A stretch of 64,000 nucleotides of DNA from Lytechinus pictus (GCF_037042905.1 NC_087250.1:16928001-16992000); one strand, 5' to 3'. Positions 25,727-38,795 are shown, counted from the first letter of the stretch. Notes: generated from the letters alone by a model not told the origin. Made by a program: numbers and translations.

Positions 25727-27060
25727 TCATAGGTGGATCCAGGGGGACCCGAGGGGCCCGCCCCCCCCCCCCCCTATTGGCGAAGCAAAAAAAAGAAAAA
25801 GGGGGAAAGAAAGAAAAAAAAGAAAAAGGAGGGAAAAGAGCGGGAAAAAAGAAGGGGAAACATTAAAGTGGAAGACGAGTAAATAAAGTAAGATTGGGAA
25901 GACTTGGAAAAATAATTTTAGAAATCTTTCATGTCGGGATATAAAATTTTCGCTCGCGCTTCACGCTCGCATTGCCTTTTAGGTGATTTATATATCTTAA
26001 TTGCTCAATATAGAGCTTGAAATTAAAAGTTTTTAAGTCAATATACCAAACATATTTCAGCTCGGAAAACTGAACTTTCATTATATTGTTTGATTAACAA
26101 ATTAATTTTTAAAAAGTGCTCTGTAAAAATCTTTGTTTTATGGCCTGAATATTAACATTTTCTTATTGCGTGCGCGCTCGCAAAATTTGATTTGTCAGGT
26201 ACCCATTATTTTCCTGTATTCCATAAAGTTATCAAAATATCCCTATTTAGGTCAGATTGTCAAAACGTATCAGCTAGCGCTTCACGCTCGCATTTTGATT
26301 GGTGAGTTATGTATATCTCAATATCAATTCTAAAACAAACTACTTAAAATCCCCATTTGACATGTTTGATGACAATTTATAAAAAATTTCGGCTCGCGAT
26401 TTGTGCTCGCATTGATTGTTGAAAGATATTAAGTCATGCATCTTATTCATAATTACAAAAGTGCAGATTTCGCGCTCTCATGCTTAAGAAGAGAAATAGG
26501 AAGACAGTTATCATTTTCATATGATGACACAATGTCCTTATAGATTGTCCTGGTCCTATGTCTAAACTCAAATTAATAATAATGAAACATATCAGCTCTT
26601 TTTTTTTAACTGTGATCCATATCCACCTCCCAATTTTCCCACAAAGTGCTTGAAATACAAAGCTTATATTGATCCTTTTTCAGATCGGAATATCATATAT
26701 CTTTAGCTCGCGCTTTGCGCTCGCTTTATTGATTTTCATGATAAGAAAGATATATAGTATACCCAAATTCTAGTTCGAAATCTGAAACACACGTTTATTC
26801 AGATACGCAGCATGTTATCCAGTTTCAGATCACAATATCAAAAAATTGTCTGCTCGCGCTTTGCGCTCGCATTATTAATGTAGAAAATTTTCCAATCACT
26901 CCTCCTTTTCATGATTTACAAAACATGAATAGAGTGTCCAGGAATTTTCTGCTCGCACTTCGCGCTCGCATCAATAATGTTTAGTTAAATACTTATCCTT
27001 TTCACGATTACAAAAAGTTCCTAGAATTTCCATTCTTCAAGTAAAAATGTTAACATTTTC
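25727..27060 (+). mobile_element. hAT-like non-autonomous repeat with CTCGCGCTTCGCGCTCGCA units
   Basis: Starts ...GGTGGATCCAGGGGG; a reverse-oriented relative flanks the 44486-53229 element. Confidence 0.6.
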
Positions 27061-27838
27061 TTTTTGACGAAATACTATTTTGTTTTTGTTTATTTGCTTA
27101 TATTCCTTGCATTGTATATTTGTTTTGTAACATTTTGTACTTCTTGTTATGAACAAAATATTGGCAATTGCCAGTGAAGTTCTAATAAATTCAATTCAAT
27201 TCAATTCATGATCTACTGATAGATGTGATAAAAGAGGCAGTTTAAGTGAAATGTATAGAAAAATAATGGGAAAGTTGTTCACAAGTGACATCACACATCT
27301 TTGTCGCATTGCCAACTGGAGGATGTGCATTATGATAATTATCTAAACTTCAAATGCTCATAACTTTCCTATTATTTATTCAATTTCCTTTTTTTGTTGT
27401 TGATATGTTTCTTTGATTTTTCAGTTTTAACACGGGTTATCTTGTTTCAAAGGTTTCACTTTCCTTTAAGAACGACTGGTGATCCTTTCTTGTGGTAAAT
27501 GGTATATTCATTGGCGACGGTTTAGTGCGTAAGAAAGGATCACCAGTCGCTCTTAACATACGAACGGCTTTATGAAACGGCCCCCTGACCGACCAAAGCT
27601 AGTACGTTACTACCAAGTGCAAAATGTCTATCGAAATGGGGTCGGTTTCGTTGGTGTAACTATGGTATCATCCAGGGGCGGATTCAGGATTTTTCAAGGG
27701 GGGGGGGACATTCTTCCCGAGTAAAAATTTGACAAGCAAAAAAAATATCTTCAGTTTCAAAAGGGGGCACACTTGTGTCTGAACGTCACTATTACAAATT
27801 TTAATTGCGCCTCTCAAAAAAGGGGGCACGGACCGGCT

Positions 27839-29100
27839 CACAGTGGGCCGGGGCGAAACAAAAGTGCGCCAAAAGTCATTTTGGGCAATTTCAGATTTTT
27901 AATCTTTTTATGCCCAGCTGAAAGACAACACAAGAATACTTCAGCAATATTTTTCATTCCGGAATTTGAATAAAGGTTGTTAATTTCCTACCTCAAATCG
28001 GAAAATGTGACATTTTGCGAAATGTCGCGTATATGACAACCTAGTTGAAAAACAAACCATTTCACATGAGTTTTTTCATGTAGGAATCTGAAATGGCTCC
28101 CACATAATCCTGATATATTCTTTTTTCGTGTGAAAGGGTTCAAAGTAGATAAAAGACACCTTTCACGAGGTTTATAGGATGATTATTCCTCGAAATAGGC
28201 TGAAAATCCATGTTTTTTGCATTTACATTGGAATCGTTTAGATTTCCGTCTTAATTCTATAAGCATCATTTTTCCCGATGTCTAAGCATTAAGTCGATAC
28301 CAAATTTAGCTGCCCGTTTTTGCCCGTTGTCATGTTAGAGCCGATTTTACTTGAGACAACACCCAAAAAACCTGTTAAAAAACGGTCATTTTTATACAGC
28401 GCAGTCATCGTAGCGCACTGTATGGGTGTACATTGCCGTTCGCTTTTGCACGGCGAGGACGATTCCCCTTCCATTCCATGAAAATGACATGAATTCCGGG
28501 CATAATGTAACAAAATAAAGGTTGCTAACGCAAATAAGGGCTATACCCACGAACTCTTTCATAGTTAAAACTTACTTATAGAATAATTTCAGCCAAAAAC
28601 CCTCCTCATACTCATAGTGATATATTCGTGGTTTTATATACTCTGCGTTTTACACAAGTCAACACAGCTTGATAAAGCACGGTTAATATTTTTCAGATTT
28701 TAATTTTTGACATGAACCGGGTATTTTTTGTCTGTTTTACCGTTTTTTACAAAATTAACTCTTTTCTCTCTCTCTATCTGCATAATGGAAATTTAAGCAA
28801 CCTTTTAGACTTCTTTGTTTAAGAAAATCAAACACTTAATTTGCAATTAATTTTTGTATTTGCTTTGACAAAACCGAATATTGAATACCTCCTCGGATTT
28901 TGTATTTTTGTTCTGTTTTGAATTCCCTTTTTACCTTCAAAACAGAAATTAATGACTCCCCTCTATGTTAATTGCTCTGCAAACTAGCTGAGGGCTGCTA
29001 TACGGTACATACAAATGGTTGATAAATGGTCGTTATTTCTGTAAAAAACAATATGTCAAGCTCAATTATATGTTTTTGCTGTGTCTGTTTCCAAATTAGA
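27839..29100 (+). mobile_element. Probable Transib-like element end (one terminus only; right boundary approximate)
   Basis: Abrupt start CACAGTG that interrupts a GGCGGATTCAGG-type MITE; no matching CACTGTG end seen nearby. Confidence 0.4.
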
Positions 29101-29295
29101 AAAAAAAATTATCTGACAGTACCTTGATTATCAGAGGGGACATTTACAGATCTTTTTTTCCTCGTATTTTTAGTAAATATGGCACGTTAGCGATCACTTT
29201 GCAGTCGCTTTCTATAACGCAAAAAAATGCCAACAATCCTTATAACAAAGCAGCCTTTGTCGATCATTGGTGGATCAAAACAGCAGTGTCGTTCA

Positions 29296-29454
29296 GGGGA
29301 GCGTTTCATGGAAGGACTTGCCAGACGTTTTATCCGACAAGTCACGTTATATCCGACAGTTGCTATGGTAACATTGCCTCTTAGCCAATCATAATCAAGG
29401 AAAGTTGTCAGACATGACAACTTGTCGGACGAAAATGTTGATGAAACGCTCCCC
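29296..29454. mobile_element. Harbinger-type MITE
   Basis: TIRs GGGGAGCGTTTCAT / ATGAAACGCTCCCC. Confidence 0.75.
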
Positions 29455-29638
29455 CGTACTCTGTTCAAACGAAATATTGGCAAGTTTTTTTTTCCGGTGT
29501 CCGAATCTCAAAACGATGTTCTATTCTCATCCACCCACTTTCTACAATGACCTCTGAGCTGTCAATCGTAATTTGACGGTCATTTTCTATTCTGAAGAAT
29601 GCGTCTGCGAATATAATGATTTTTCCGTAACAACTTGC

Positions 29639-29812
29639 CTTCATTCTGCAGCGGAGACAGCATTATGTTAACGACTATTCGCCGTGTATTGAAGCTATCC
29701 GTTGAGGTGAATGCGTCCTTCATGATTTCAAGGTCACCGATGACTACTATCCGGGTATTACCAGCACCATATTGAAACACATTCCCGTAATTCAGTGTTT
29801 CATTGTATAGAA
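29639..29812 (-). CDS. Cytochrome P450 exon 3, with GC donor
   Basis: VLYNETLNYGNVFQYGAGNTRIVVIGDLEIMKDAF...FNTRR (typical YGxVF...VVxxD...KxAF beta-1/B region); acceptor ctcttaAG; donor AAG|GCAAGT; 174 nt; phase 1/1. Confidence 0.87.
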
Positions 29813-30607
29813 CTTAAGAGGGTAAGGTAATTCAAAAGGAAAAAAAGAAAAGGAACAAAGTCAGCTCATCACGTTTTTATAACTTTTCACAAATAGTCTC
29901 ATAAATGTCTTTCATATAGGCCTAGTTTTATATTTGAATGTTTTTTTTTGTTCATGTCTTCATGTACAATTTACTCATTGCTTAGTCAAAAAGTTTTTTT
30001 TTTTAAATTTTGTTGTAAATGCCCACCCTTGATAGTCTTGTAATAATTTCCGAAAAAACACACAAACGTGTAAGCACACTCACAATTCTGACATCGAGTC
30101 CTGGCATTATTTGATTCAATTGAGGACGATGTAGCGTGTACGTGTGTGTGTGGGGGGGGGGGGGTTCTGTGGGGGCAGTAAGTAAACACTTCAAATAGGT
30201 ATATGTTGGTACCCACTTTAAAACAAAATACTTATAACACGATTTTAACAAACACGATGCCCCAAAATATATTTAAACATTCGAAACTAATGCATTCAAA
30301 CAAATACAATCACTGAATAAATAAATACATAAATATACTTTCTAAACAATTGATCAATGCAAAAAAATAAAAATATACAGAATGATTAGTGTAGTAGATA
30401 TTTTTTCATTGTTTAGTTATCCAAAACTCACGGAAGACTAAAGATTAATACTATGCAAGTAAAATAACATGCAGAATACGATAAAAAGAATTACAGAAAA
30501 TCATGAAAAAAATGCAAAGAAATAAACAAAGAAATATATAGATAAAGGATTAAACAATAAATTGAAATTAATTACACAAACGAAGAACTATAACAAAAAC
30601 GAGTTAC

Positions 30608-30871
30608 CTTTTGCTAAACCAGTTGGGCCAACTTTAGCTCCCAAACCAAGTAGTTCCAAAGAACGAGCATCACCCGGGCCAGGTGGTCGTTTTATGGCCT
30701 CGACATCATCGACCACGGTGTTAGACTCCCCAGGAGGCAGGAACACCAATAACAACACAACGGAGACGGAGAAGAGTGCGGTGATGATAAGGAGGATGAC
30801 GCCGAGAAAGATGGATCGTTTATTTATCCCAGATCTTATAACACCATTTACATTTTTACCATCAATGTGAG
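30608..30871 (-). CDS. Cytochrome P450 exon 2 (membrane anchor and PPGP hinge); absent from the ORF track
   Basis: HIDGKNVNGVIRSGINKRSIFLGVILLIITALFSVSVVLLLVFLPPGESNTVVDDVEAIKRPPGPG...LAK; acceptor tttacAG; donor AAG|GTAAC; 264 nt; phase 1/1; no in-frame ATG before the anchor. Confidence 0.85.
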
Positions 30872-30921
30872 CTGTAAATTGAAGGCATTCAACAGTGTTA
30901 GCTGCTTATATATAAGTCAAT

Positions 30922-31232
30922 GGCCCGTATTCTGAAGTCAGGTATAAATTAGACCATGGTCTAACTCTGTGCTAAAATTATGGGAAGCCAAAAGTGTCAA
31001 AACTGTTATTAAGTTGTATTATTCTTATGTTTACTGTGCTCTTTCCTGATTATTCAATGGTGAAGACAATCATCTATTAATACTTACTAGACAATAGTGA
31101 ATGATTTGAGAGACAAATCAACTGAAATATGATATCTCTACTGTTAGTGATTTATGTAACAATTGTCTATCCATACTTAAACCACAACTTTAAACCCGAG
31201 TTTAAGTTTAACCCGAATTCAGAATACGGGTC
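30922..31232. mobile_element. Harbinger-type MITE
   Basis: GGCCCGTATTCTGAA / TTCAGAATACGGGTC inverted ends. Confidence 0.65.
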
Positions 31233-32477
31233 AAGGTATTTCGCATGATGATGAAATAAGAAAAACGTTTGAAGGCATTTGGCACTTAATTAGCTTTTCA
31301 CGAATGTGAGCTGGATGTGTATAATGCAGCAAGATTGACTGTTTATTAGTCTTCTTCATGTTGATCATGTTGATGAAACAAGTAAAAAGTTTGAAGAAAT
31401 TTATTTTAGTACCTTTTCGCTATACTTTACCACCATTTTGAGCTGCACACATGTACGTATAAAGGATCATTTCTTTGTCCGCTTTAAAAGTACATGAAAC
31501 TATCAAACAAATTAGATAAACAAGCTGTTTTTGATTGGTTGGATATCACTAAATCATCTTTCCTTGTATATTTATATCATAAATCAAAGTCTGCCTTAAG
31601 TCTCTGGAAGAGGGTTGAATGTTAATTGCATTCAGGTATCAAATAAATACCCATACCTTACGGCAGTTCAGCGAACGATTATTTTGTTTATCCAATAATC
31701 ACGATGTCACATTTGAGAACAGTAAGTGCCTATTAAACGAGCCATTAAATCACCTTTATTTATGATTTTGAATCAAAATACGTTAAAATCAATCATGTTT
31801 GATCACATCTTTGATTATCTCCTTGAACATCCGGTGTACGGTTTTATTGTTTGGATCCATAAAACCACTAAACAAAATGTGGGGTATGAAAGCATATTCC
31901 TTTCTTTAAAAAAATACTGAAAGAAATATTTTGTCAGTTACAATTTACAAACATATTTTTTTTTGCGAATTCCTGTTTTGACAGTCGACTTATACTATAT
32001 TATATTACTCATATATATATATATATACTACAACCTTTACTACTGGGAAGAGCAATGTTCTACGGTGCGTGCTGCAGTGTTTTCTCAAGTGTGTGAAATC
32101 ACCTTCACACTTTTGAATTCGAGCATTTTAACAGTGTGAATCACATATTCACATATTCACGGCCATGTGAACACGCCGTTAACAGTCACACTGTCCAGGT
32201 GTCCACAGTGTGAAGCAGTGTCTTTTCCAGTCAACTACTTCAAATAATAAAAATTAGCAATAACAATAATAATGAAAACAATCATAATGATGATGATGTT
32301 ATTAATGATAATTGTGATAATAATAATGATGATAAAATAACAATGGTAATAATGATAATAAAGGTAATAACTATTATGAATGACTACGAAATTTATCATA
32401 ATAATAATCAGGATAATAATAACTATCAAATATTAGTCATCATGACAACAATTATTATGGAAAACTGTTTTACTCAC

Positions 32478-32493
32478 ATTTAGTATTCGCCAT
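32478..32493 (-). CDS. Cytochrome P450 candidate coding exon 1 (MANTK-S)
   Basis: cacaATGG start context; strong donor T|GTGAGT; phase 1 matches exon 2, giving a 1599-nt CDS (532 aa). Confidence 0.6.
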
Positions 32494-32534
32494 TGTGAAT
32501 ATTTGTATTGCCAATGGCACTATACTTAGAAGGC

Positions 32535-32570
32535 TACTGGATCAGCTGTGTGATATGAACTTGTTTATAG
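32535..32570 (-). promoter_or_regulatory. Candidate TATA box plus initiator of the P450 gene
   Basis: TATAAA at 32569-32564, Inr-like CCAGT ~31 nt downstream (A at 32538), ATG 45 nt further. Confidence 0.5.
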
Positions 32571-32817
32571 TTGAATAATGATAAAAGTACCCTTAGAAAA
32601 TTTCGGGTAAGGTTCAGCAATGACTCTCATATTTGCCATCCGCTCGAACTTCTGTAAATATTTGTTTTCAAATTCACAATAGAATGTTTTGCGGAATAAA
32701 GCAGTATTGCAGGAATAAAACCAATATTCAATTTGCTTGCAAGTAAAAAAAAAGATGACTGTCAACGTTTTGTTGGATGTTGTTTTTGAAGGACAGCCTT
32801 ACGCTCTCAAAGTCTAA

Positions 32818-33056
32818 GGCCCGAATTCACAAAGGTGGTTTTGAAAAACCCACGGTTAAGTCCATGGTTTATGTAGATTTCCTGTATTAATTACGCTTAA
32901 TTTAGCGCGTCAGTGTCGGGCGCTTGTGTATAAAAATGTCCAATGGTGATGCACGCGTTTGTCATGGTTAGATGGTTACCATGGTTAGATATGCTATTTT
33001 ATTCATGAGTCCACTGTTTGAAGAGGTTTTCAAAACCACCTTTGAGAATTCGGGCC
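32818..33056. mobile_element. PIF/Harbinger MITE
   Basis: TIRs GGCCCGAATTCACAAAGGTGGTTTTGAAAA / TTTTCAAAACCACCTTTGAGAATTCGGGCC; TAA TSD. Confidence 0.85.
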
Positions 33057-33085
33057 TAAATGGTTATTCCTTTCCATAACTGGTA

Positions 33086-33387
33086 CACTGTTAGAAAATT
33101 TATCCTTTAAATAAAAGAAGTTCCTGCAGCAGAGTCTCGAGAACACCTGTAATCTTACCAGATTGCGTAATCTTACATTATATCATGTAAAATTACAGGA
33201 AATTTGTATTTGGTGTATGGAACTTTACAAATTTCTTTAAATAAAACAAAATTTTCCCCTTTTTAAACAGACCTGTTCTGTTAAATTGTAGAAAAATTCA
33301 TGTTTTATGAATTTACAGAATGATTCTGTTATTGCTTTCTGCAAAATCTTGTTTTTTCCTGTAAAATCAGGGTTTTTTTTTATAGTG
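33086..33387. mobile_element. Intact CACTG-terminal MITE (empty-site copy for the intron-4 nest)
   Basis: TA-CACTGTTAGAAAA...TTTTTATAGTG-TA; high similarity to 17043-17107 plus 23942-24182. Confidence 0.8.
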
Positions 33388-33439
33388 TAGATCTGTAAAA
33401 CGATTCATTTGTAATTATTAGTCATTACTACTCTCATCT

Positions 33440-33580
33440 CTCGATCAGAAGGACATGGAATCGAATCCAAGGCATGGCGTGCTTTCCTTCAGCAAGCAAT
33501 TTACCCACCTTGTGTTGCACTCGACCCAGGTGAAGGGCCTGGGTACCCGGCAGGATCAATTCCTTGAATGCACCATGCGC
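33440..33580 (+). mobile_element. Degraded SINE fragment with Deu-like core
   Basis: GCACTCGACCCAGGTGA...GGGTACCCGGCAGG core with a degenerate B box upstream. Confidence 0.5.
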
Positions 33581-33911
33581 TTTAAAGGGATGGTCCGGGC
33601 TGAATGTATTTATAGCTAAATAAATAGAGTAGAATTCATTGAGCAAAATGCCGAAAATCTCATCAAAATCGGATAACAAATAACAAAGTTATTGAATTTT
33701 ATAGTTTAGCAATATTTTTGTGAAAACAGTCGTCGTGAATATTTATTATGTGGGCCTAAACTTTAAACTTCAATAACTTTATTATTGCTTATCCGATTTT
33801 GATGAAATTTTCGGCATTTTGCTCAGTGAACTCTACTCTATGTATTACAATATAAATATGTTGACACAGGCTAGCTTCACTCATCTTTATCAAGGGCATG
33901 TCAATGATTAA

Positions 33912-34482
33912 TGGGATGGTCCAGGCTGGAGATTTTGATATTTCAATAGATATAATAAACTTCATAAAGCAAAATACTGAAAATTTGATCAAAATCGGAT
34001 AACAAATAAGGAAGTTATTGCAAGTTTAAGATTTGCATTAATCCGGTGAAACATCTGTTTTAGGCATGTCTTTCTGAATATTCATTAGGTGGGCTGATGA
34101 TGTCACATCCCCACTTTCCTTTTTCTTATGTTATTACATGGTATTTGAAATCATAAATGTTTCATTTTGTCATACATGTGGAAATGATGTGTCTCCATTA
34201 TGATGAAATAAGTTGCGGCAGTAAATAACTATAATGCACTAACCTCTTAATCAGTTGTCAATCCGATTGTTTTAGTTCCTAGTAGAACAAGTGGGAATAT
34301 GACATAATCAGCCCACCTAATAAATATTCATAAAGACATGCCTAGAACTGTTTCACCGGAATAATGCAAATCTTTTCTCAATAACTTCCTTATTAGTTAT
34401 CCGATTTTGATCAAATTTTCAGCATTCTGCTTTGTGAATTTTATTATATTTAATGAAATATAATCCAGCCTGGACCATCCCT
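33912..34482. mobile_element. TTAA-TSD MITE (Kolobok/piggyBac-like)
   Basis: TTAA|TGGGATGGTCCAGGCTGGA ... TCCAGCCTGGACCATCCCT|TTAA; related copy at ~33582-33870. Confidence 0.8.
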
Positions 34483-34899
34483 TTAATGGATTGGTTCAAT
34501 AACAAAGAAGCTGTAGCCCGCCACATCAATTGGTTCCTGAATCCAAAGTCGCAAAATGGCGAAGGACAGTTCAATGAACATAAGATGGGATTAAACCAAG
34601 TGGTCATTCTTTGCTTGACTGCTGTTGAGTCCATTCATATGCTTCTTTGACCTCAATATGTGTGTTTAATTAAAATGTTAATTTTGATTTCTGTAACTGA
34701 GGCAATCAATTAAGCATGCCGATGGTCTTACTGCGAACTTTAATAAACTGGTAAGTTTGTTTAATCCCATTTCATTTTCTTTGGTCTTTCTTTTGCCATT
34801 TTGTGACTTTGAAATCCGGAACCAATTGATTTGAGGGGCTACAACCTCTGTCTTATAAAAAAAAACTCTTAATTATTGAGATGTGCTTAGTAAAGATTA

Positions 34900-35460
34900 T
34901 TAAAGGACAAGTCCACCCCAACAAAAATTTGATTTGAATAAAAAGAGAAAAATCCAACAAACATAACACTGAAAATTTTATCAAAATCGGATGTAAAATA
35001 AGAAAGTTATGACATTTTAAAATTTCGCTTAATTAAAATGAGGAGACTATGACGTCATCCACTCACCATTTATTTTGTATTTTATTATATAAAATATAAA
35101 AATATTTTTATGTTCTCCTCATTGTCATATGATACAACGATTAATTCCTCCCTGAACATGTGGAATTAGCATTGTTTAATACTATATGATTCAGTCAAGT
35201 TGGTCCTTATTGTCAAATCTATAAAAAATGAAATATTGTATAATTCAAACAATAAAAAACAGAAGAAATAGAGAGTGATTGACCTCATCGACTGACTCAC
35301 CTAGTTGTGCATATCACTGTTTTGTGAAAAATAAGCGAAATATTATAATACCATAACTTTATTATTTTACATCTGATTTTGGTAAAATTTTCAGCAGCAC
35401 TATGCTAGTTTGATTTTTCTCTATTTATTCAAGTCAACATTTCCCTGGTATGGACTTAAA
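34900..35460. mobile_element. TTAA-type MITE
   Basis: TTAAAGGACAAGTCCACCCC left end; degenerate right end TGGACTT. Confidence 0.6.
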
Positions 35461-36009
35461 TTTGCGATGTTGTATTCGAGGAGCTTCACCATGTATCATG
35501 TAGTATAAAGTCTATAAGCTCCATTTTCAATGGGATATTAAAAAAAAATTATGGGAGAAGTGTGAAGTGATGTGTCTGATGATATATCCATGACACAATT
35601 AAAATCCCTTCCAATTTTTTTTGAAGAGTTTATACATGTACATGTACTTATGGAGAGGCTGCTCATCTGTTATGCCATAAAATAGAACTTCAAAAATGCG
35701 TATAAATGGTAACCAATTATATTTTGCCCTATTTTTGCTGCTTTTATTATAAAAAAAAAAACCCAGTGTTATCAGGGTAGACTTCCCCTCTAAGCATAGA
35801 ATATGTACATGTAATGCTAATTAATTTGACTGAGTGGAATGTGTGTAGTGCTCTTGTGAAGTTTTGATAAGTTTCTTTTGGAACCCAGTTTATACATGTA
35901 TAGTGCGCCATTGAATAGTCAACTAGATGAATCGGCGCCTCATAAAATTCAGGACGGCATTATGGGTATCCCATATAGGTAATACACGCGTTTTGAATTC
36001 CTTAAGTAC

Positions 36010-36290
36010 ACAAGTGAATGGGGAAACTTTTATTAGGAGATAGGTAGCCTGGACTTAGAAAAATTATTAGGGTATTTTTTGTACACGAGTGAATGGGACA
36101 GCGTTTATAAGGACAAAGGTATTGCGGACTTAGAAAAATTAGGAGGGTATTTTTGGGACAGCGTTTATTAGGAGAAAGGTATTGCGGACTTAGAAAAATT
36201 AGGAGGGTATTTTTGGGACAGCGTTTATTAGGAGAAAGGTAATGCGGACTTAGAAAAATTAGGAGGGTATTCTTTGTACACGAGCGAATG
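36010..36290. repeat. ~60-bp minisatellite, about 4 copies
   Basis: GGGACAGCGTTTATTAGGAGAAAGGTATTGCGGACTTAGAAAAATTAGGAGGGTATTTTT repeated. Confidence 0.9.
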
Positions 36291-36439
36291 ATATGTTCTT
36301 AAATAGGTTTGATCGTCTATAGACTTCGAAAAAAATGTCCAGTGCTTTGACTCTGAGGTGAGGGTCAGATGAATTGCTGGTCATAGAAAACTAGGAATTT
36401 ACCCTAACGGTTAACCCAAAGGATTGCGATATTTTAAAG

Positions 36440-38795
36440 ACCCCTTTACATAGTGATACCAAGAGATTGATGCAAATACATGATATTTATTCTCTTGACT
36501 ATATAAATCGCACAACTGGCACTCGTATTACTGAAACTTCATCGAGTTTGATAGACCTAATGGTTACCAACAGGACTGACCAAGTAAAGGTGTCTGGTGT
36601 CGTTGATATAGGGTTGAGTGACCATGCGATGAATTATGTTGTCTGGGGATCATCTTACACTAACCATACTCCACGTACTATAACGTATAGAAAAATGAAA
36701 GGTGTCGACATTGACAAATTCTGTGAACAACTTGAAAAGCAACCATGGGAAAATGCATACTTAGCGAAGGATGTTGATGATGCTGTTCAACTGTGGGAAA
36801 ATTATTTGATGGATGTTGTCAATTCTATTATGCCTGTCAAATCAAGAAAAATGAAAAAGAAGCTGTCTCCATGGATAACTCCAGACATTACAAATCTGAT
36901 AAAAGAACGTGATAAAGCTAAAAGAAAGGTATGGAAAAGCAAAACTAGTGATGCTACAAATTTTTACCGAAAATTAAGAAATAAAGTAACCTCAAAGATA
37001 AGGAAGGCAAAAAAAACAATACTATGTTGATAAATTGTCCTCTGCAATGGGGAGATCTACTGAGGTGTGGAAGGTTTTTAGATCTGTCCTGCCAACGTCA
37101 CGTTCCAGCTGCAGCAGTTGTGAATCTAGTGTAACTGATTCTGTATACAAAGCTAATGAATTTCATACTTTTTTTTCTTCAATTGGCACAGAACTAGCCT
37201 CTAGTTTTAATGATGTTCAACATTCTACAAACGATAGGCCTACTGTCAGCGATACCATTAATACTAACTTTACTTTTCAGATGGTTGCTGACGAGGACGT
37301 TCGGAAGGAAATATTAAAACTAAGAGACAACATTTCTGTCGGTTTAGATGAGATTTCATCCAAGATCCTGAAGATGTGTGCTCCCATTATTGTTCCATAT
37401 CTTACCCACATAATAAACAGATCTTTTATCGAAAATAAATTTCCAAACCATTGGAAAAAATCTAAAGTCATTCCTATTCATAAATCAGGTAACAGAAAAA
37501 TCTCCAAATAACTTCCGTCCTATTTCAATTCTACCCACTGTATCGAAATTACTTGAAAGATTCGCTCAGCGGCAATTGATCTCATTTTTAGAAAATAATA
37601 AACTCTTATCTGAAGTTCAGTTTGGGTTTAGGAGTAAACACTCCACCTTAACTTCTTTAGTTAGAATTACATATCAGTTGATGCACGCTCCTGATCAGGG
37701 GAAATATACCGGGGCAGTGTTTATTGACTTAAAAAAAGCTTTCGACTGTGTTGACCCTTATTTACTTCTTAAAAAATTACGCAATATTGGTGTTTCTGAT
37801 GAATGTTTGCCATGGTTTAAAGATTATTTGCATAACATATTTATTTCTACTTGTCGTGGTTCTACTCTTTCTAGTCCTTTATCTATTTCTCTCGGTGTCC
37901 CACAAGGTTCTATTCTGGGACCTTTGCTATCTATTATTTTTATCAATGATATAACTTTATCTGTACATTTTTCTTCTGTTCAACTTTATGCGGACGATAC
38001 TGTTATTTATTTTTCTGATTTTAATGTTCAAAGTGTCGAAAATAAGCTAAATTATGATTTGTCGTTTATTTATAAATGGATGTGCAATAATAAGTTGACG
38101 TTAAATTTAGATAAAACTGTATCTTTACTTATAGGCTCGAGACATAGTTAAATAAATGTAATGTTTTAAATGTAAATATCAATATCAATAACATTGCATT
38201 TCAACAGTCTACTAATGTTAAATATCTCAGATGTGTCATTGACAATAAACTGAAGTGGGATGTCCATTTTGAAAACCTATGTAGAAAGGTCGGCAAGTTA
38301 GTCAAATATTTGGGTAGACTCCGCTATTTTATTAATGAGACAAATCTAAATTTGATTCACAAAGCCATTATCTTGCCCCTTTTCGACTATGCGGATATTT
38401 TAATTGATTCCTCTAATAAAAAACTTACCAAACAATTGCAAACCCTCCAGAATCGTGCAAGCAGAATAATAATGAAAGTCAACCCATATGATCATATCTC
38501 TAATGTGCAAATTCATTCAGTTTTAAATTGGTCTTCTCTTGAATCTAGACGTAAGAAAAATCTTAACATATTTGTTTATAAATCAGTCCATGACATGTTG
38601 TCTCCAATCATGTCCGATATGTTTCAACCCTCTTCTCATCATTATTCAATACGTAATTCTCATAACTTTGCTTTACCCAAACCCAAAACAGAATACTCTC
38701 GTCGCACTATCCAATACAGAAATGCATCTCATTATAATACTCTTCCCCATCACATGAAATAGTTAGAAAATATCGATGCCTTAGGCGTCTTGTCA
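36440..38795 (+). mobile_element. Decayed CR1/L2-group LINE ORF2 (C-terminal APE plus full RT), 5'-truncated
   Basis: TRITETSSSLIDL..SDH, WKKSKVIPIHK, QFGFR, FIDLKKAFD, GVPQGSILGPLL, YADD; broken by stops and frameshifts. Confidence 0.93.

Noticed and set aside
30562..30870. Plus-strand 102-aa ORF
   Set aside because: Antisense shadow of P450 exon 2.
32591..32639. Alternative P450 first exon MANMRVIAEPYPKFSK (phase 1, contains YxxF)
   Set aside because: Weak donor (GTACTT) and lies upstream of the TATA/Inr that fits the MANTK exon; disfavoured but not excluded without RNA data.
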